The notes under the pieces were generated by a model that saw nothing but the letters and a program-made list of their open reading frames with translations, made no database searches and had not been told where the DNA came from. The position numbers were made by a program, and so were the translations under genes. DNA of 50,644 bases, from positions 1-50,644 of IMG/VR virus record IMGVR_UViG_3300035109_000050. One strand, given 5' to 3'. Below are positions 35,936-45,004 of the stretch, one piece after another. Positions within the stretch are counted from its first letter, which is position 1. Every line of letters begins with the position of its first letter. This stretch comes from a virus. Its lineage: Duplodnaviria > Caudoviricetes.

Positions 35936-36505
35936 TCAGGCCGACATCGCCAACTTCGGGGGCCGCTGGCCCATCACCCGTTCCGCGATGTGGCCCACCT
36001 CGAAAGGAATGGAGGTGAGCCGACCCATGAAGTTCATTTCTAGGCGCACAATTCCGAACCTGTCAAGGTCGCGCACGTCCGACACCGCGCCGAAATGCCC
36101 GGCGAACGTCCCTTCGGTCACGTCAAACACCTGACCAATCCTGATCTTAGGCATATTTTTCGGCCGCGTCGGCTTGTGCTCGCGCCAGAAGCAAATTTGC
36201 GCGTCCGGCACCACCGACGGCGACGAATCACGCGTCGGACGCAAAAATCCGCGCACATCGTCGAGTTGCTCGACCGCGTTGACCACCGCGTCGCTGAGCT
36301 CGCAATGCAAAAACAGGTAGCGCCCAAACCGCGGGATTTTCCGCTCAAGCCGCATCGCGTTCGACGCCAGCGCGCCGCGCCGGTTCCAGGAGCGCACCCG
36401 GTCGACCGGCCGCCAAACGTCGAACCGCGCCCGCGCCAGCCGCAGGCATGCGTCGAAATCCCGCCCCTGCACCGCCTCGACCACAAACCAGCGCAAACCG
36501 TCCAT
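35936..36505 (-). CDS. nusG: NusG/RfaH-family late antiterminator
   Basis: NGN domain (RWFVV, PRFGRYLFL, VRGFL, PSVVPD) plus KOW (IGQVFDVTEGTFAGHFGAV..V...VRLEMNFMGR). GGAGG RBS; occupies the lambda Q position. Confidence 0.88.
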   Translation of the reverse strand: MDGLRWFVVEAVQGRDFDACLRLARARFDVWRPVDRVRSWNRRGALASNAMRLERKIPRFGRYLFLHCELSDAVVNAVEQLDDVRGFLRPTRDSSPSVVPDAQICFWREHKPTRPKNMPKIRIGQVFDVTEGTFAGHFGAVSDVRDLDRFGIVRLEMNFMGRLTSIPFEVGHIAERVMGQRPPKLAMSA

Positions 36506-36544
36506 TCCCGCCTCCATTCGCCAAATCATTGAAAAGTTTGAAGC

Positions 36545-36826
36545 TGTCAGACCTGTCATACCTTTTATTATTGAGATTAAAAGGTATGACACCAATAACC
36601 CGCTGTTCTCATTGGTGTTGTCAGACCTGTCAGACCTGTCAGACCTTTTTCGGCCAACCGAGAACGCAATTCGAAAACTGCATCACTCCGCTGCAACTTC
36701 GCGCCTCGCGCGCGCGAGGTAAAAAGGTCTGACAGGTCTGACAGGTCTGACAACGCCTTTAAATTCAAACGCTTATATGTGTCATACCTTTGATTTCATT
36801 CGCGAAAAGGTCTGACAGGTCTGACA
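36545..36826. repeat. Palindromic array of twelve TGTCA(G/T)ACC 9-mers; putative replication origin
   Basis: Forward copies at 36545, 36554, 36619, 36628, 36637, 36780; reverse copies at 36583, 36726, 36735, 36744, 36809, 36818. Perfect 34-bp IR 36617-36650/36721-36754. AT-rich spacers. Confidence 0.85.
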
Positions 36827-36838
36827 CTTCGCTTGATT

Positions 36839-38473
36839 TTAGTCATGATCGCCCCCATTTTCGGCGTCTTCGTTCCACTCGACCGCTTGCCCCAACGCGC
36901 GCTGAAATTCGTCGCGCGCGTCTTCCAGCGAGGGGAAGCGCCAGCAATTGACCCGCTTCAGCACCGTCACCGGGCGCCCGTCGAAGCCCTCTTCCTCGAC
37001 ATCCTCGGTGGCGCGCACGACCTTCAGCGCCGGCAGCAGGCGCCGCATCCGCATCCCGAATTCCGTTTCGCCGGAGCGCCGCCGCACCCCCTGTTCCTCG
37101 GTGGTGCGGGAATAATCGCGATAGAGCGTGCGGATCGGGATTGGCTGGGTCCGCCATCCAATCGCCCGATGGGTCTGCGAGCCGTCCATCAGCCGCCCGA
37201 GCCACCACGCCGCCAACGGATCGAGCGAGCGCACCTTTTGCTCCAGCAGCGCGCCAGTCTTCGGGATATTGCGCAGGTTCGGCGCGTCGCTCGCGTCGAG
37301 ATCGACCGCCAACAAATCGGCCAGCAGCGCCTCGCGGCCGCCGCTGTTCATCTCGGCGTCCATCGCGCGGAAAAACCCGTGATCTTCCTTATTGCCCTCG
37401 CCGACGTCGAGCACGCAAAAGCGCCGCTCGTCCATCCCGGCCGGGATGACCCAATCCTCGTTCGACGAGATCAGCAGGCGGATGTAATTGGCCAGCTTGA
37501 TCGGATCGACGCCCTTGGCCTCGATCATTTGCTCCGACGAGGTGATCAGCCCCTTGAGCCGCCCCTCCGCCTGCTTGTCGCCGGCCCAAAACCCTTCGTC
37601 GACCAGCATCAGGATGCACCAGGCCATGTGCGCGTTGAACTGGCCCGTCACCAAATGCGGCGAATCGATCGAGATATAATGCGACGAGAACAGCGAGCCG
37701 ATGATCTCGCCGACCTTGGATTTGCCGGTCCCCATCCGCCCGCGCATCACCAGCGCCGTGCCGATCCGCTCGCGCGGACGCTGGATCAGATGCGCGAACC
37801 AATGCCACACCCATTTGAAAATCACGTCGTCGCCGGCGCAGATATTGGCGCGCAGGTGATCGTGGAACTTGAAATATTTTTCGCTGCGATCTGCCGCGCC
37901 GCGCTGGCGCGGGGTCGGCGGCGCCGGGTCCGGCGTGGCCGAATAGCCGCGCCACAAATTGAAGTAGCCGGGCGTTCCCGGCGCGTTGTCGCGATCGGGG
38001 AAGAACTCTACGCCGTCGAAGGTGCGCCGCCGTTCGGAATTGAGCCACGCGGGCGCGATCTTGCGCGTTTTGCAGACGTCTTCCCACTCGCCGGTGAGGA
38101 TATTTCTTTGCCGCGCGCGATAGCGCTCCGTCTGATTTTGCAAATAGGCCGAGAACGATGTGCGATTGAGAAAACGAACGCGATCGCGCTCCGGCGCGTC
38201 CGCCTTCTCGCGCATGATCACCGCGTCCTTGCCGAGCAGCACGAACGCCCATTCGCGGTTCATCCGGTCGATCAAATCGCCGTAGCCGCCATCGTCCGGA
38301 CCGCCATGCGCGTCATCCGGCGGCGGCGGATCGTCGGGCGGCGGAGCGTTGCCGCCGCCTTTGCCGCGAGAGGAAGACTTCCGCTTTTTTTCGGCGTCCT
38401 TCTCTAGCTCCGCGCGCGGCGAAAAAACGATAACCGTGGCGCTCTCGACCGCCTTGACGATATCGTCGGTCAT
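36839..38473 (-). CDS. SF3/D5-like primase-associated helicase (DUF5906-like)
   Basis: FNLWRG, LIQRP.E.IGTALVM.G.MGTGKS (Walker A), MLVDE (Walker B), LKGLIT, ISSN, ERRF. Confidence 0.9.
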   Translation of the reverse strand: MTDDIVKAVESATVIVFSPRAELEKDAEKKRKSSSRGKGGGNAPPPDDPPPPDDAHGGPDDGGYGDLIDRMNREWAFVLLGKDAVIMREKADAPERDRVRFLNRTSFSAYLQNQTERYRARQRNILTGEWEDVCKTRKIAPAWLNSERRRTFDGVEFFPDRDNAPGTPGYFNLWRGYSATPDPAPPTPRQRGAADRSEKYFKFHDHLRANICAGDDVIFKWVWHWFAHLIQRPRERIGTALVMRGRMGTGKSKVGEIIGSLFSSHYISIDSPHLVTGQFNAHMAWCILMLVDEGFWAGDKQAEGRLKGLITSSEQMIEAKGVDPIKLANYIRLLISSNEDWVIPAGMDERRFCVLDVGEGNKEDHGFFRAMDAEMNSGGREALLADLLAVDLDASDAPNLRNIPKTGALLEQKVRSLDPLAAWWLGRLMDGSQTHRAIGWRTQPIPIRTLYRDYSRTTEEQGVRRRSGETEFGMRMRRLLPALKVVRATEDVEEEGFDGRPVTVLKRVNCWRFPSLEDARDEFQRALGQAVEWNEDAENGGDHD

Positions 38474-38877
38474 GCGCCGCGCGCCTCCTGTTTGGCGATC
38501 AGCGCGACGATGGTCGAATTGCAAAGCGCCATCGGCGCCGTCGCCGCGTAGACGCCATTAGCCCCGCACGCATAATCCGCACCCACGCGCGGATAGACAT
38601 TGGCGAACGCGCCGCAAGCATCGCTTCGCATCAACCAGTGGTGACGCGGCAGCGCGAAATTGAACAGCGCGATCGCGTCGCCTTCCTCGCGGGAAAATTC
38701 CAGCGGCTCGCGCCACGCGCCGGCCTCGCGCCACAGCGCGGCGTATTCCGGCCAAAACCTGCCGCCGGCGATCGCATCGAACAGCGCACGATCGATCTCC
38801 GCGCAGCCAGAATCGTCGCGGATCAGCATCAGCCGCGCGGCGCGCAGTTTCGGCAGGGAAAATCTCGGACCATTCAT
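38470..38877 (-). CDS. Phage hypothetical protein (ABA-sandwich-like)
   Basis: EIDRAL..AI, FSR..GDAIAL....LP..W, AATAPMALC pattern; coupled to both neighbours. Confidence 0.5.
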   Translation of the reverse strand: MNGPRFSLPKLRAARLMLIRDDSGCAEIDRALFDAIAGGRFWPEYAALWREAGAWREPLEFSREEGDAIALFNFALPRHHWLMRSDACGAFANVYPRVGADYACGANGVYAATAPMALCNSTIVALIAKQEARGA

Positions 38878-38878
38878 C

Positions 38879-39370
38879 TCACACGCCCTCCGCCATGAAC
38901 GGCCGCCGCGCGCGCGGACGCCATTTCGTCGCCGCCGGCCGGAACGCCAGCGCCGCATGCGCGCGGCAATAGGACGCCTCGCCAAACTTCGCCGCGCCGC
39001 AAAAGCGAAAAGTTTCCAAATCGCGCGGGTCGCCGAGCGGCCAGCGGCAATGATTTTCGCGCGCCGCGAACAGCGTCACGCCGCCGATCGGCGCGGGCGC
39101 GTCCACGGCGACAGCGACGACAATCGCGCGCGCCTCATCCAGCGAGCGCGAAACTTCCGCGATTTTTGGCGGAGCGAGCGCCTTCGCGACGCGGGCGCTG
39201 ACGCGCGGCTTTCGCGCATGCGACCCGTCGTTGAGCCCCATCCGCTCGATCTTGCCGATCACCGCGTTGCGCGTGACGCCCGCGCCGAGCTCGGCGGCGA
39301 TCTTCGCGCCCGAAAACCCGTCGGCGTATAGCTTCCGCGGCCGCGCGACGCGCTCGTCGGTCCAGCTCAT
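38879..39370 (-). CDS. gcrA: GcrA-family cell-cycle regulator
   Basis: MSWTDERV...KL.ADG.S...IAAELG.GVTRNAVIGK..R.GL and CRWPLGDP....FRFCG.....SYC..H. Confidence 0.92.
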   Translation of the reverse strand: MSWTDERVARPRKLYADGFSGAKIAAELGAGVTRNAVIGKIERMGLNDGSHARKPRVSARVAKALAPPKIAEVSRSLDEARAIVVAVAVDAPAPIGGVTLFAARENHCRWPLGDPRDLETFRFCGAAKFGEASYCRAHAALAFRPAATKWRPRARRPFMAEGV

Positions 39371-40590
39371 TCCGCCGCGCTCCTCTGCTCGCCCGCCAGC
39401 AGCATGTCGTTAAAATCCATTCCCGGCGCGGCCATCGCGATCCGGACGCCCATCTCGGGATAGGCGCGCGAAAACCGCTTGGCGGCGCGCCGCAGCGCCA
39501 TGCCCGTCGTGAAGGCGTCGCTGTCGCCGTCGCCGAGCAGATAAATTTCGCGCACGCTCGAAGGGACAGGGATCACCGGCCACGGCTCGGCGTCCGGAAT
39601 ATCATCGCCCGGCACGCGCACCGTATATTCGCGCCCGGCCTTGTTGATCGCCTTCAGCGTCGGATGCGCGACCGAGCCCGCCGCCTTGCCGGCGATATTG
39701 CCGAGATTGACCGACGAGCGAAATTCGCTTCCCTCGAGCAAGGGCGAACGGCCGCGCGAAAGCGCCTCGCGCATCGACAGCACGGTCTCGATTCCCTCGC
39801 CGAGAAACAGCCGGACCGGCGCGTCGGCCGCCCGCGCCAGCATGATCGACGCGCCCTTCCACGACCCCCGCGTCTTCTTGGCGTCGGCGATCTCGCCGGT
39901 TAAGGGGTCGACGATCTCCGCCTTGCCCTTCGGCCTGGCGAGGTCGAGATAGGTCAGATGCGCGCCGGCGAAACGGCCGTCGGGGCCGACCATCGCCGCG
40001 ATGACAGCCGGCCCGGTGTGAATGACCTTGCCGTTCGGCCACAGCGCGTTCCACAACGCCGCGCGCGGCATGAATTTCAGCCGCGCGCCGTCCGGCAATG
40101 TCAGCCCGCGCAGGCGCAGATAATCCTCGACCGGCGTGCCGCGCGCGGCGCGCGCCGACCGCCACAGATCATAGGCGCGCCGCCGTTCCGCCTCGCGATA
40201 TCGGTTGTATTCGGCGGCGGACCTCTCCTGTTCGGCGCGCGACTCGTCGAGACGTCGCGCGACAGCCGCCTCGCGCGCCGCGCGCTCCTCGTCCGATTCG
40301 CGCCGGTCGCGATCCGGCGCGGCGCGGCCCAGCACTTCCTCGCAGGCGCCGAGAAAATCCAACCCCTTGACATGCTGGGCCAGCGCGATCGCGTCGCCGC
40401 CGGCGCCCGAGGCGCGGCACAGCCAAAGGTTTTTCTTGGCGTTGACCGCGAAACGGTCGGTCCCGCCGCAGCACGGGCAAGGTCCGCCCTGTTCGTCGCG
40501 CAGCCGCGTGACGCCGAGCCGGCGCGCATAGTCGGCGACGGGCGCCGCCCGCGCCTCGGCGAGGAAATCGTCATGCGCGCGCGAGCTCAT
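39367..40590 (-). CDS. DNA primase (Zn-binding domain + Toprim)
   Basis: GPCPCCGGTDRF...W.CR...GGDAI.L, YLR.RGL, HLTYL, LGEGIET.LS, LLGDGD, DFND. Confidence 0.9.
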   Translation of the reverse strand: MSSRAHDDFLAEARAAPVADYARRLGVTRLRDEQGGPCPCCGGTDRFAVNAKKNLWLCRASGAGGDAIALAQHVKGLDFLGACEEVLGRAAPDRDRRESDEERAAREAAVARRLDESRAEQERSAAEYNRYREAERRRAYDLWRSARAARGTPVEDYLRLRGLTLPDGARLKFMPRAALWNALWPNGKVIHTGPAVIAAMVGPDGRFAGAHLTYLDLARPKGKAEIVDPLTGEIADAKKTRGSWKGASIMLARAADAPVRLFLGEGIETVLSMREALSRGRSPLLEGSEFRSSVNLGNIAGKAAGSVAHPTLKAINKAGREYTVRVPGDDIPDAEPWPVIPVPSSVREIYLLGDGDSDAFTTGMALRRAAKRFSRAYPEMGVRIAMAAPGMDFNDMLLAGEQRSAAE

Positions 40591-40907
40591 GGCGTCGCCC
40601 CTTCGCGCTTCGCCGCGCGCACCTTGGCGGCCGCGTAAAATTCATCCTTTTCGCGCGCCCATTCGACGAACGCCGCGCGAAAACCCTCCGGCACCCAGCC
40701 GGGAACGGCGATCTTCCTCGCGCGCTTCTTGCGCAGATTCCTTTTCTCCGCCGCCGCCTTCACCCCCGCCGAGATCGCCGCGACGCGCCGCGCGCGGCGC
40801 TCCGGATCTTCCCACACCCGCGCGCTGCCGGCGCGCAGCCGCGCGAGATGCTCGGGATTGGCCAGCAGTTTCTTGGAGTGCGCCGAGCGCCTTGGATTGA
40901 CGCTCAT
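40587..40907 (-). CDS. Basic hypothetical protein
   Basis: GGAGG RBS; ATGA overlaps at both ends; VPGWVP motif. Confidence 0.6.
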   Translation of the reverse strand: MSVNPRRSAHSKKLLANPEHLARLRAGSARVWEDPERRARRVAAISAGVKAAAEKRNLRKKRARKIAVPGWVPEGFRAAFVEWAREKDEFYAAAKVRAAKREGATP

Positions 40908-41287
40908 GCTCGCGCCCTCCCGTTGATTTTCTCGCCGCCGAATTCGGCGCGCGCGGCCGCCGACATGCGATAGCCCTGTCCCCAAACCGTTTCGATTTCG
41001 AGCCCGAACGCCCGCAGCTTCTTGCGCACCTTGCAGACGAAGACATCAATGACTTTGACTTCCGCGCCTTCGTCGATTCGGCCGCCGTAAAGCGCCGTCA
41101 TCAACCGTTCCTTCGTCGCCATTTCCGTGCGCAGCAGCGCGCCGACGACGATGGATTCCTGTTGCGTGAGCCCCCAATCGAGCGGGACTTGCGCGCCGGC
41201 GTAAAGCGCCAGTTCGAGCTGCCGCACGCGCTCGCGCAGCGTCTCGTTTTCCCGCTCGCTGATGGCGAGCCGCGCCTCAACGTCCAT
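40904..41287 (-). CDS. Receiver-less OmpR/CtrA-like winged-helix DNA-binding protein
   Basis: Coiled coil, then [31 protein letters not shown]...IETVWGQGY; closely resembles the CtrA effector domain. Confidence 0.85.
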   Translation of the reverse strand: MDVEARLAISERENETLRERVRQLELALYAGAQVPLDWGLTQQESIVVGALLRTEMATKERLMTALYGGRIDEGAEVKVIDVFVCKVRKKLRAFGLEIETVWGQGYRMSAAARAEFGGEKINGRARA

Positions 41288-42102
41288 GGCGCGCCTTCTT
41301 TCTCGCCTTGAACCACGTCGCCGCCAGCGCGCGCCATAACACCAGATCATGCTCGGCGGCGAAGCGCGCGGCTTCCTTCTCGGCTTCATCGAGCGCGCCG
41401 CGAATGATCGTCGCGAGATCGTCGTCGCCGATTTCGCCCTTGTATTCCTCGGCGAAGCAAAGATGCTCGACCGCGCGCAGCGCATTGGCGGAGATCGGCG
41501 CGAGCATGCCCTTGGCGCAAATTTCGATCACCCGCCGCGCACCGGCCGCGTGGCGCCGGCCGAGCAACGCCTGAATCGTTCCGACCGCCATCGTGTCGCC
41601 CGGCGCGTAGCGGCCATAGGCCGGCGGATATTTCAAAACGCGCGCCCCGGCGCGGTCGCAAATCTGCCGGATCGTCAAGGCGTCTTCGTCGCCGGCGGCG
41701 ACCAGCGCGTGATGCAGTTGCTGCTGCGTCACCTGTGTGACGGTCGCGGTTGTGGCGCACGAAGGCGAGCGCGCGCGATTCCTTCGCGCCCGGCGGCAGC
41801 AGCATGATCGGAATTTTATCGACATGCGGATGCGTCGCGGCGGCGATCGCGGTGTGCTGGCCGTCGAGTATATGGATCGCATCGCCCTCGCGCACGCAAA
41901 TCGGCGGCTTGAACGCGCGCCAACTCCACGCCGAAACGATGCGCCGAATGAGACTCGCCGACCGCGCGGAAAGATCGCGCTGATAATCCTCGTCGACGAA
42001 CAAGGCGCGCGGATCGACCCAAACAAACTCCGGCTCGAAACGCTCGAACGGCCTCGGCTCGAGACCGGCGAGCGACATCGGCTTGATCTCGCGCAGGCTC
42101 AT
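41277..42102 (-). pseudogene. ParB/DUF6551-like protein with a frameshift near 41740
   Basis: One frame gives VDEDYQR...ILDGQHTAIAA...AFVRHNRDR; the continuation TQVTQQQLHHALVAAGD is in another frame (one extra base). Confidence 0.7.
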
Positions 42103-42269
42103 GCCGCCGCCCCGCTTTTTTCGGGGTAGACCGGCGCGCCGTCGAACGGCCATTCCGCCAGCAGCGAATACCAGCCATGCGGCCCGCGCAGCGGCGAGCA
42201 CACCCAGCCGAGCGCGACATAGGCGGCCTGCAGCCGATAGGGCAAATAAACGACGGTGCGGATCATCAT
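42099..42269 (-). CDS. 56-aa hypothetical protein
   Basis: MMIRTVVYLPYRLQAAYVALGW...; GAGGAGG RBS; ATGA overlaps at both ends. Confidence 0.55.
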   Translation of the reverse strand: MMIRTVVYLPYRLQAAYVALGWVCSPLRGPHGWYSLLAEWPFDGAPVYPEKSGAAA

Positions 42270-43072
42270 GACGCGGACCCCTCCTCGAACGAGAAATCAC
42301 CTTGCCCGGCGCCAGACTTTTTCAGCCGCGACGGCGGGACCCAGCCCGGCACATGCCGCGCGGCGAGCCGCGAATCATGCGGGCGGGTGAAGCGCTCGCG
42401 GCAATCCGGCGGGATGACGAAGGTCGGGAAAAGATCGACGTTTTCGATCAGGCGAACGGCGTCGCCTTTGTCGAATTTCCAAACGAACCATGCGTAGGAT
42501 GTCGCGGTCGATAACTTGGGGTCGTAGCCGCCCTCGCACATCGCGACGCGCTCGGCGAACGGCGCGAACAGCGTCGGCGGCGCGTGATCGAACACGCGCT
42601 CGTAACGATCCTTGCCCTCGAGCCAAACCGCGCGCAGCAGCAGTGCGAGACCGCCGTCGCGCCCGTCGAACAGCCGCAGCGCGGTTTCGTAAAAATCGAC
42701 GGCGAGCCCGAACGGCGGATTGGTGACGATCCACTCGCCGGCCACGCCCCAGCCGTGGTGGGCTTGCCGAAAATCCACCTTCGTCACCGCGAGCCCCGGG
42801 TCGTAAAGTTCGACATCGGTCGCGAAAACCTCGCGCGCATATTCCTCGCACACGTCCGCCATGTGCCGCAGTCCCGCCGCCGGCTCCCATATCCGCTTGA
42901 TCGGCGTCTTCACATCCAGCTGCGGCAGCACATATTCGAACAGCGCGCGCGTCGCCCATGGCGGCGTCGGGAACAGCTCGTGCACGCGCCACGGCGGCGG
43001 ATCGTCGCCGCGATCCTTCTTCGAGCGCTTTTGCGCCCGCACAGCTGTGTGGCCGAGCGGCAGCTGCGTCAC
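42266..43072 (-). CDS. Orphan amino (N6-A/N4-C) DNA methyltransferase
   Basis: FPTPPW, IWEPAAG..HM (SAM binding), IVTNPPF (catalytic), YAWFVW. GTGA-coupled start with GGAGG. Confidence 0.85.
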   Translation of the reverse strand: MTQLPLGHTAVRAQKRSKKDRGDDPPPWRVHELFPTPPWATRALFEYVLPQLDVKTPIKRIWEPAAGLRHMADVCEEYAREVFATDVELYDPGLAVTKVDFRQAHHGWGVAGEWIVTNPPFGLAVDFYETALRLFDGRDGGLALLLRAVWLEGKDRYERVFDHAPPTLFAPFAERVAMCEGGYDPKLSTATSYAWFVWKFDKGDAVRLIENVDLFPTFVIPPDCRERFTRPHDSRLAARHVPGWVPPSRLKKSGAGQGDFSFEEGSAS

Positions 43073-43353
43073 GCGCGCCTCCGCCGCGAGGCGTTCGCGC
43101 AAAGATCGGCGTAGCCGGCGTTATCGTCCCAATGGTCCGGGAAGGCGTGATCCCCTTCCAGCACGCGCGCGATCTTGGTGAATTGCTGCTCCAGCCCCTC
43201 GCGCCGATGCGGCGGCAATTTCGCCCAGTTGCGGGAGGCGCGGGCGGCCGTCTTGAACAGCTGCGCCAGCGAGGCGGTGGCGACGAAATCCCCATGCGTG
43301 GCTTCGCGCGCGGCGATTAGATCGGCGGTCTTGCCCTTCGCCTTCTTCGTCAC
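43069..43353 (-). CDS. DUF6378-like phage protein
   Basis: REATHGDF...KIAR...G....DHW.D.AGYA. Confidence 0.75.
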   Translation of the reverse strand: MTKKAKGKTADLIAAREATHGDFVATASLAQLFKTAARASRNWAKLPPHRREGLEQQFTKIARVLEGDHAFPDHWDDNAGYADLCANASRRRRA

Positions 43354-43559
43354 CGGCGGGCCCCCTCATGCGCCTTGCAATGAAACACGAACGCCCCCGG
43401 CGAGACGCAAACCGCCAGCCCGGTGAACACGCCGCAGACGTGGCATTTGTGCGCGTCGGGCGATTTCAGATCGCGAATGATCTTGGCCGCGCGCCCCGGC
43501 GTTTTCTCGCGCGATGCTCGGGAGGGCGGAGGGGCCAGCGAGGCGAGCAGATCGCTCAT
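43350..43559 (-). CDS. Small Zn-finger-like hypothetical protein
   Basis: CHVCG...C..H; coupled overlaps. Confidence 0.55.
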   Translation of the reverse strand: MSDLLASLAPPPSRASREKTPGRAAKIIRDLKSPDAHKCHVCGVFTGLAVCVSPGAFVFHCKAHEGARR

Positions 43560-43843
43560 GCGTCGACCGGCTGTTTGGCGCGGAGCAGCGCGTCGAGGCC
43601 GCCGAGTTCGAGGCGTCGGAACCGGCGCGGGTCGAAACCCTGGACGTTGCCGGGGCCGCCGAGGTCCACGAGAACGGCGCGGAATTCGGGGACAACATCG
43701 GTCCAGTCGACAAGGACATAGACGGCGTTCTTGACGAGGCCGGACGTAATGCCGCTCGACGTTCCGCTCGGTAGATATTTAAGATCGCTGGCGTCGACGC
43801 AAACAATCTCCGTCCCAACCGGCGTATCGAGCGGCAATGCCAT
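43556..43843 (-). CDS. Hypothetical protein
   Basis: GGAGGTGAGG RBS; VG.EIVCVDAS...GL....VY...F...RFR pattern. Confidence 0.6.
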   Translation of the reverse strand: MALPLDTPVGTEIVCVDASDLKYLPSGTSSGITSGLVKNAVYVLVDWTDVVPEFRAVLVDLGGPGNVQGFDPRRFRRLELGGLDALLRAKQPVDA

Positions 43844-43845
43844 CC

Positions 43846-44259
43846 TCACCTCCCCAAAATCTTCCTCACCGCGGCGAGATGCGTCTCGATCTCGATCAGA
43901 CTCTCGCCGTCCAACCCCTCGCCGCCAAAAGCCCCGCCGCATTGCCGCGCCAGCTCGGCGCGGTGCGTCAGCGCGATTTCGGCGCGATGCGCCGCCTCGC
44001 GCGCTTCCCGTTCGGTCTCGTGGGCGTAGAGCGCGACAATCCGCGCGCAGTCGACCACTTTCACGCCCTTGACCCGCCCGGCGAAGAACCGCTCGACCCG
44101 CCCCGGCGCGACGCCGAGATCGCGGGCCAGGGCGCGCCGCGCGTTGAACGCCGACCGCTCGCGCCGCGCGTAGCGGGCTTGCAGATGACGCACGCAATCG
44201 CGGGCCAAATCGTCGCGCGACAACGCCGCGACCATTTCGTCACGAACCACTGACAACAT
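43846..44259 (-). CDS. CII-like HTH protein
   Basis: ARRALARDLGVAPGRVERFFAGR helix-turn-helix, downstream of cro; start uncertain. Confidence 0.55.
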   Translation of the reverse strand: MLSVVRDEMVAALSRDDLARDCVRHLQARYARRERSAFNARRALARDLGVAPGRVERFFAGRVKGVKVVDCARIVALYAHETEREAREAAHRAEIALTHRAELARQCGGAFGGEGLDGESLIEIETHLAAVRKILGR

Positions 44260-44503
44260 TTCGGAGACTCCCGTGCTTTCCTGACGAGGACAGGGGGAAA
44301 GCACGTCACGCTTAGAAGGGACCCGTGGGACGGGCCCCGAACCGACCGACGCGGCGAACGGGGGGCGATCGCCGCGCCGGCCAACCGACGCATCAAGCAA
44401 CGCTACGAAAACACGCCGGGCTTTTATCCACGCGACGCCCGGCCCGCGCTTACAGCCGACGCGAAGAACAACCCCCGCGCGCCGACGGAACCATCACCCT
44501 CCC

Positions 44504-44588
44504 AAAAGCCCCGCGCGACGGGCGCCGCGCGGGGAAGTCAAGGGAGGAAACGCCCAAGGAGGGCTACGAAGCGAGGCAACCTCACTGC
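44504..44588 (-). ncRNA. suhB/MmgR (alpha-r8)-like small RNA
   Basis: Minus strand GCCCTCCTTGGGCG-TTTCCTCCCT-TGACTT, then GC hairpin CCCCGCGCG..CGCGCGGGG and a T run. Matches the recalled MmgR core UUUCCUCCCU. Confidence 0.75.
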
Positions 44589-44666
44589 GAACTCCGCGCG
44601 GCCATCTAGCCCGCGCGAAGAGGGGAAGCGCCGGACGGCCGGCGCGAAAGGGGGAGGCGGAGCCGG

Positions 44667-44921
44667 TCATTCGGCGGCCTGGTGGTTGGAGGGCGATTCG
44701 GGACGCGCGACGCCTTCGGGCCAGGGCGCGTTTTCAGGCCAGCATTCCGCCAGCTTTTCGAGCGCTCGGCGCACGGTGCGCGACCCCATGTCGCCACCGC
44801 TCCGCAGCTCGCGAATCCGCGTCCCGCGCCCGAATATCCGCGTGGAGATGGTCGTCTCCGCGAGGCCCGTGTGGGCCGCGTAGGCGTCGAGAACGCAAAT
44901 GAGCTGGGCGATGTCATCCAT
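44667..44921 (-). CDS. cro: Cro-like repressor
   Basis: 84 aa, divergent from cI; YAAHTGLAETTIS..IFG.G..I..LR.G, WPE...WPEGV.RP. Confidence 0.8.
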   Translation of the reverse strand: MDDIAQLICVLDAYAAHTGLAETTISTRIFGRGTRIRELRSGGDMGSRTVRRALEKLAECWPENAPWPEGVARPESPSNHQAAE

Positions 44922-44927
44922 GCCGAG

Positions 44928-44993
44928 AGCATAGCGTATCTTAATACGCCGTCAACGTATTTTAATGCGCTCGCATCAAGTATCTAAATACGC
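44928..44993. promoter_or_regulatory. OR: three 16-bp operators and PR promoter
   Basis: GCGTAT-N4-ATACGC at 44934-44949, with variants at 44955-44970 and 44978-44993. Minus strand TTGACG-16-TATGCT flanks the first operator. Confidence 0.8.
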
Positions 44994-45004
44994 GAGTATA
45001 AGCC

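Noticed and set aside
36545-36826. CRISPR array
   Set aside because: Units are 9-bp tandem and inverted repeats without unique spacers; no cas genes.
20583-38407. Long plus-strand ORFs (e.g. 20583..22181, 31932..33887, 36833..38407)
   Set aside because: Antisense shadows of well-supported minus-strand genes; expected at this GC content.
44928-44993. CtrA box in the immunity region
   Set aside because: The TTAA half-sites are not spaced by 7 nt; the pattern is explained by the GCGTAT-N4-ATACGC operators.
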